The translations under genes and the position numbers were made by a program. A model generated the notes under the pieces. It was not told where the DNA came from. It ran no database searches and was given only the letters and a program-made list of their open reading frames with translations. 64,000 nucleotides of DNA from Dicyema japonicum (lineage: Eukaryota; Animalia; Dicyemida): positions 303,199-367,198 of the forward strand of contig RDEW01000024.1 in NCBI GenBank assembly GCA_011109175.1, read 5' to 3'. The first letter of the stretch is position 1. The number at the start of each line of letters is the position of its first letter. Below are positions 63,201 through 64,000 of this stretch, in pieces.

Positions 63201-64000
63201 AAGATTTCAGGTGTATAGCGAACCCCTGTCCATAATATTTACAGTCCTATTGAATTAAGATTATTCTGTAGTTTCCAGAACGTTAGTCAAATCCTCCTCT
63301 GACCTTCGTCTCTCGGAAAGGGCAGATTGAACATCGATACATCTCAAGGTCCAGACATAGTTGATGCCTCTTTGACCAGTCTAGACCCCTGGCGTTGAAT
63401 GTGATGGTAGAAAACCAGGAAATATACTTAAGTTATTAAAATTAAATTTAAATTTATTAAACCAGAAAACCACCGTCATAGCCAGAATGAAAAAATTCAG
63501 GTGATCACGGCCTATCTCAGCAGTCTTCATATGCTCGGACTTGAAGGAAGTGCCGTCCAGGGAGAGCTCCTATGGATGGTCGCATTTCCTATTTTTCGAT
63601 CTGACAAATATTGATATTCCATATAGATTCTAATTTGGTGAAGGACAAAATTTAAGATTACACACTAAACATAATTTTTAGGTAAATTTATATTCTAATT
63701 TGCTGGAAAAACAGTATTTTTTTAGATTATAAAGTGATTGGCAGAATTCATCTCTCAGGAATTTTATGATCTGTTTGATACGTTTATTTAGTTGTCTGAT
63801 GGATTCAACTCCGTCGGATGGCATCATTTCATTTGGTCTTTCCTTTTATGAGTGTAAGTGTCCGGGAATTGAGAGTAGGTATAAAATACGTGAAAGATGA
63901 GAGAAGAATAAATATGTTGTCATCTTTTTGAATAGCCACAGTGATGATTTTTGCGGCTTCATATGGATGATAGTCATTTGACCAATCCAGGTCTAAGATG

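Overview
This is AT-rich eukaryotic (probably metazoan) scaffold sequence with five N-gaps, dominated by decayed transposable elements. Non-LTR retroelements include RTE-like, I/Jockey-like, CRE-like (with a PHD finger) and R4-like fragments. DNA transposons include Tc1/IS630, pogo (POGK-like), hAT and an intron-bearing Ginger/KRBA2-like integrase. A tRNA-headed SINE family is present in four copies. Host genes are split by very short GT-AG introns (21-32 nt), so the ORF track misses or fragments them. By hand-splicing I recover: an intact 349-aa cathepsin L-like protease (10010-11179, five introns of 22-25 nt); its inverted, decayed paralog (6133-6818); an intact-looking 75-aa orphan gene (56616-56870); a C-type lectin/mucin-stalk pseudogene; two inverted kinesin pseudogene fragments; and an unknown spliced ORF running into the PHD-RT of a CRE-like element. 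Intron size and gene content suggest a compact-intron parasite lineage such as a dicyemid or myxozoan, but this is inference only. I found no rRNA, complete tRNA or CRISPR array. All family calls come from motif recognition by eye, not database searches.
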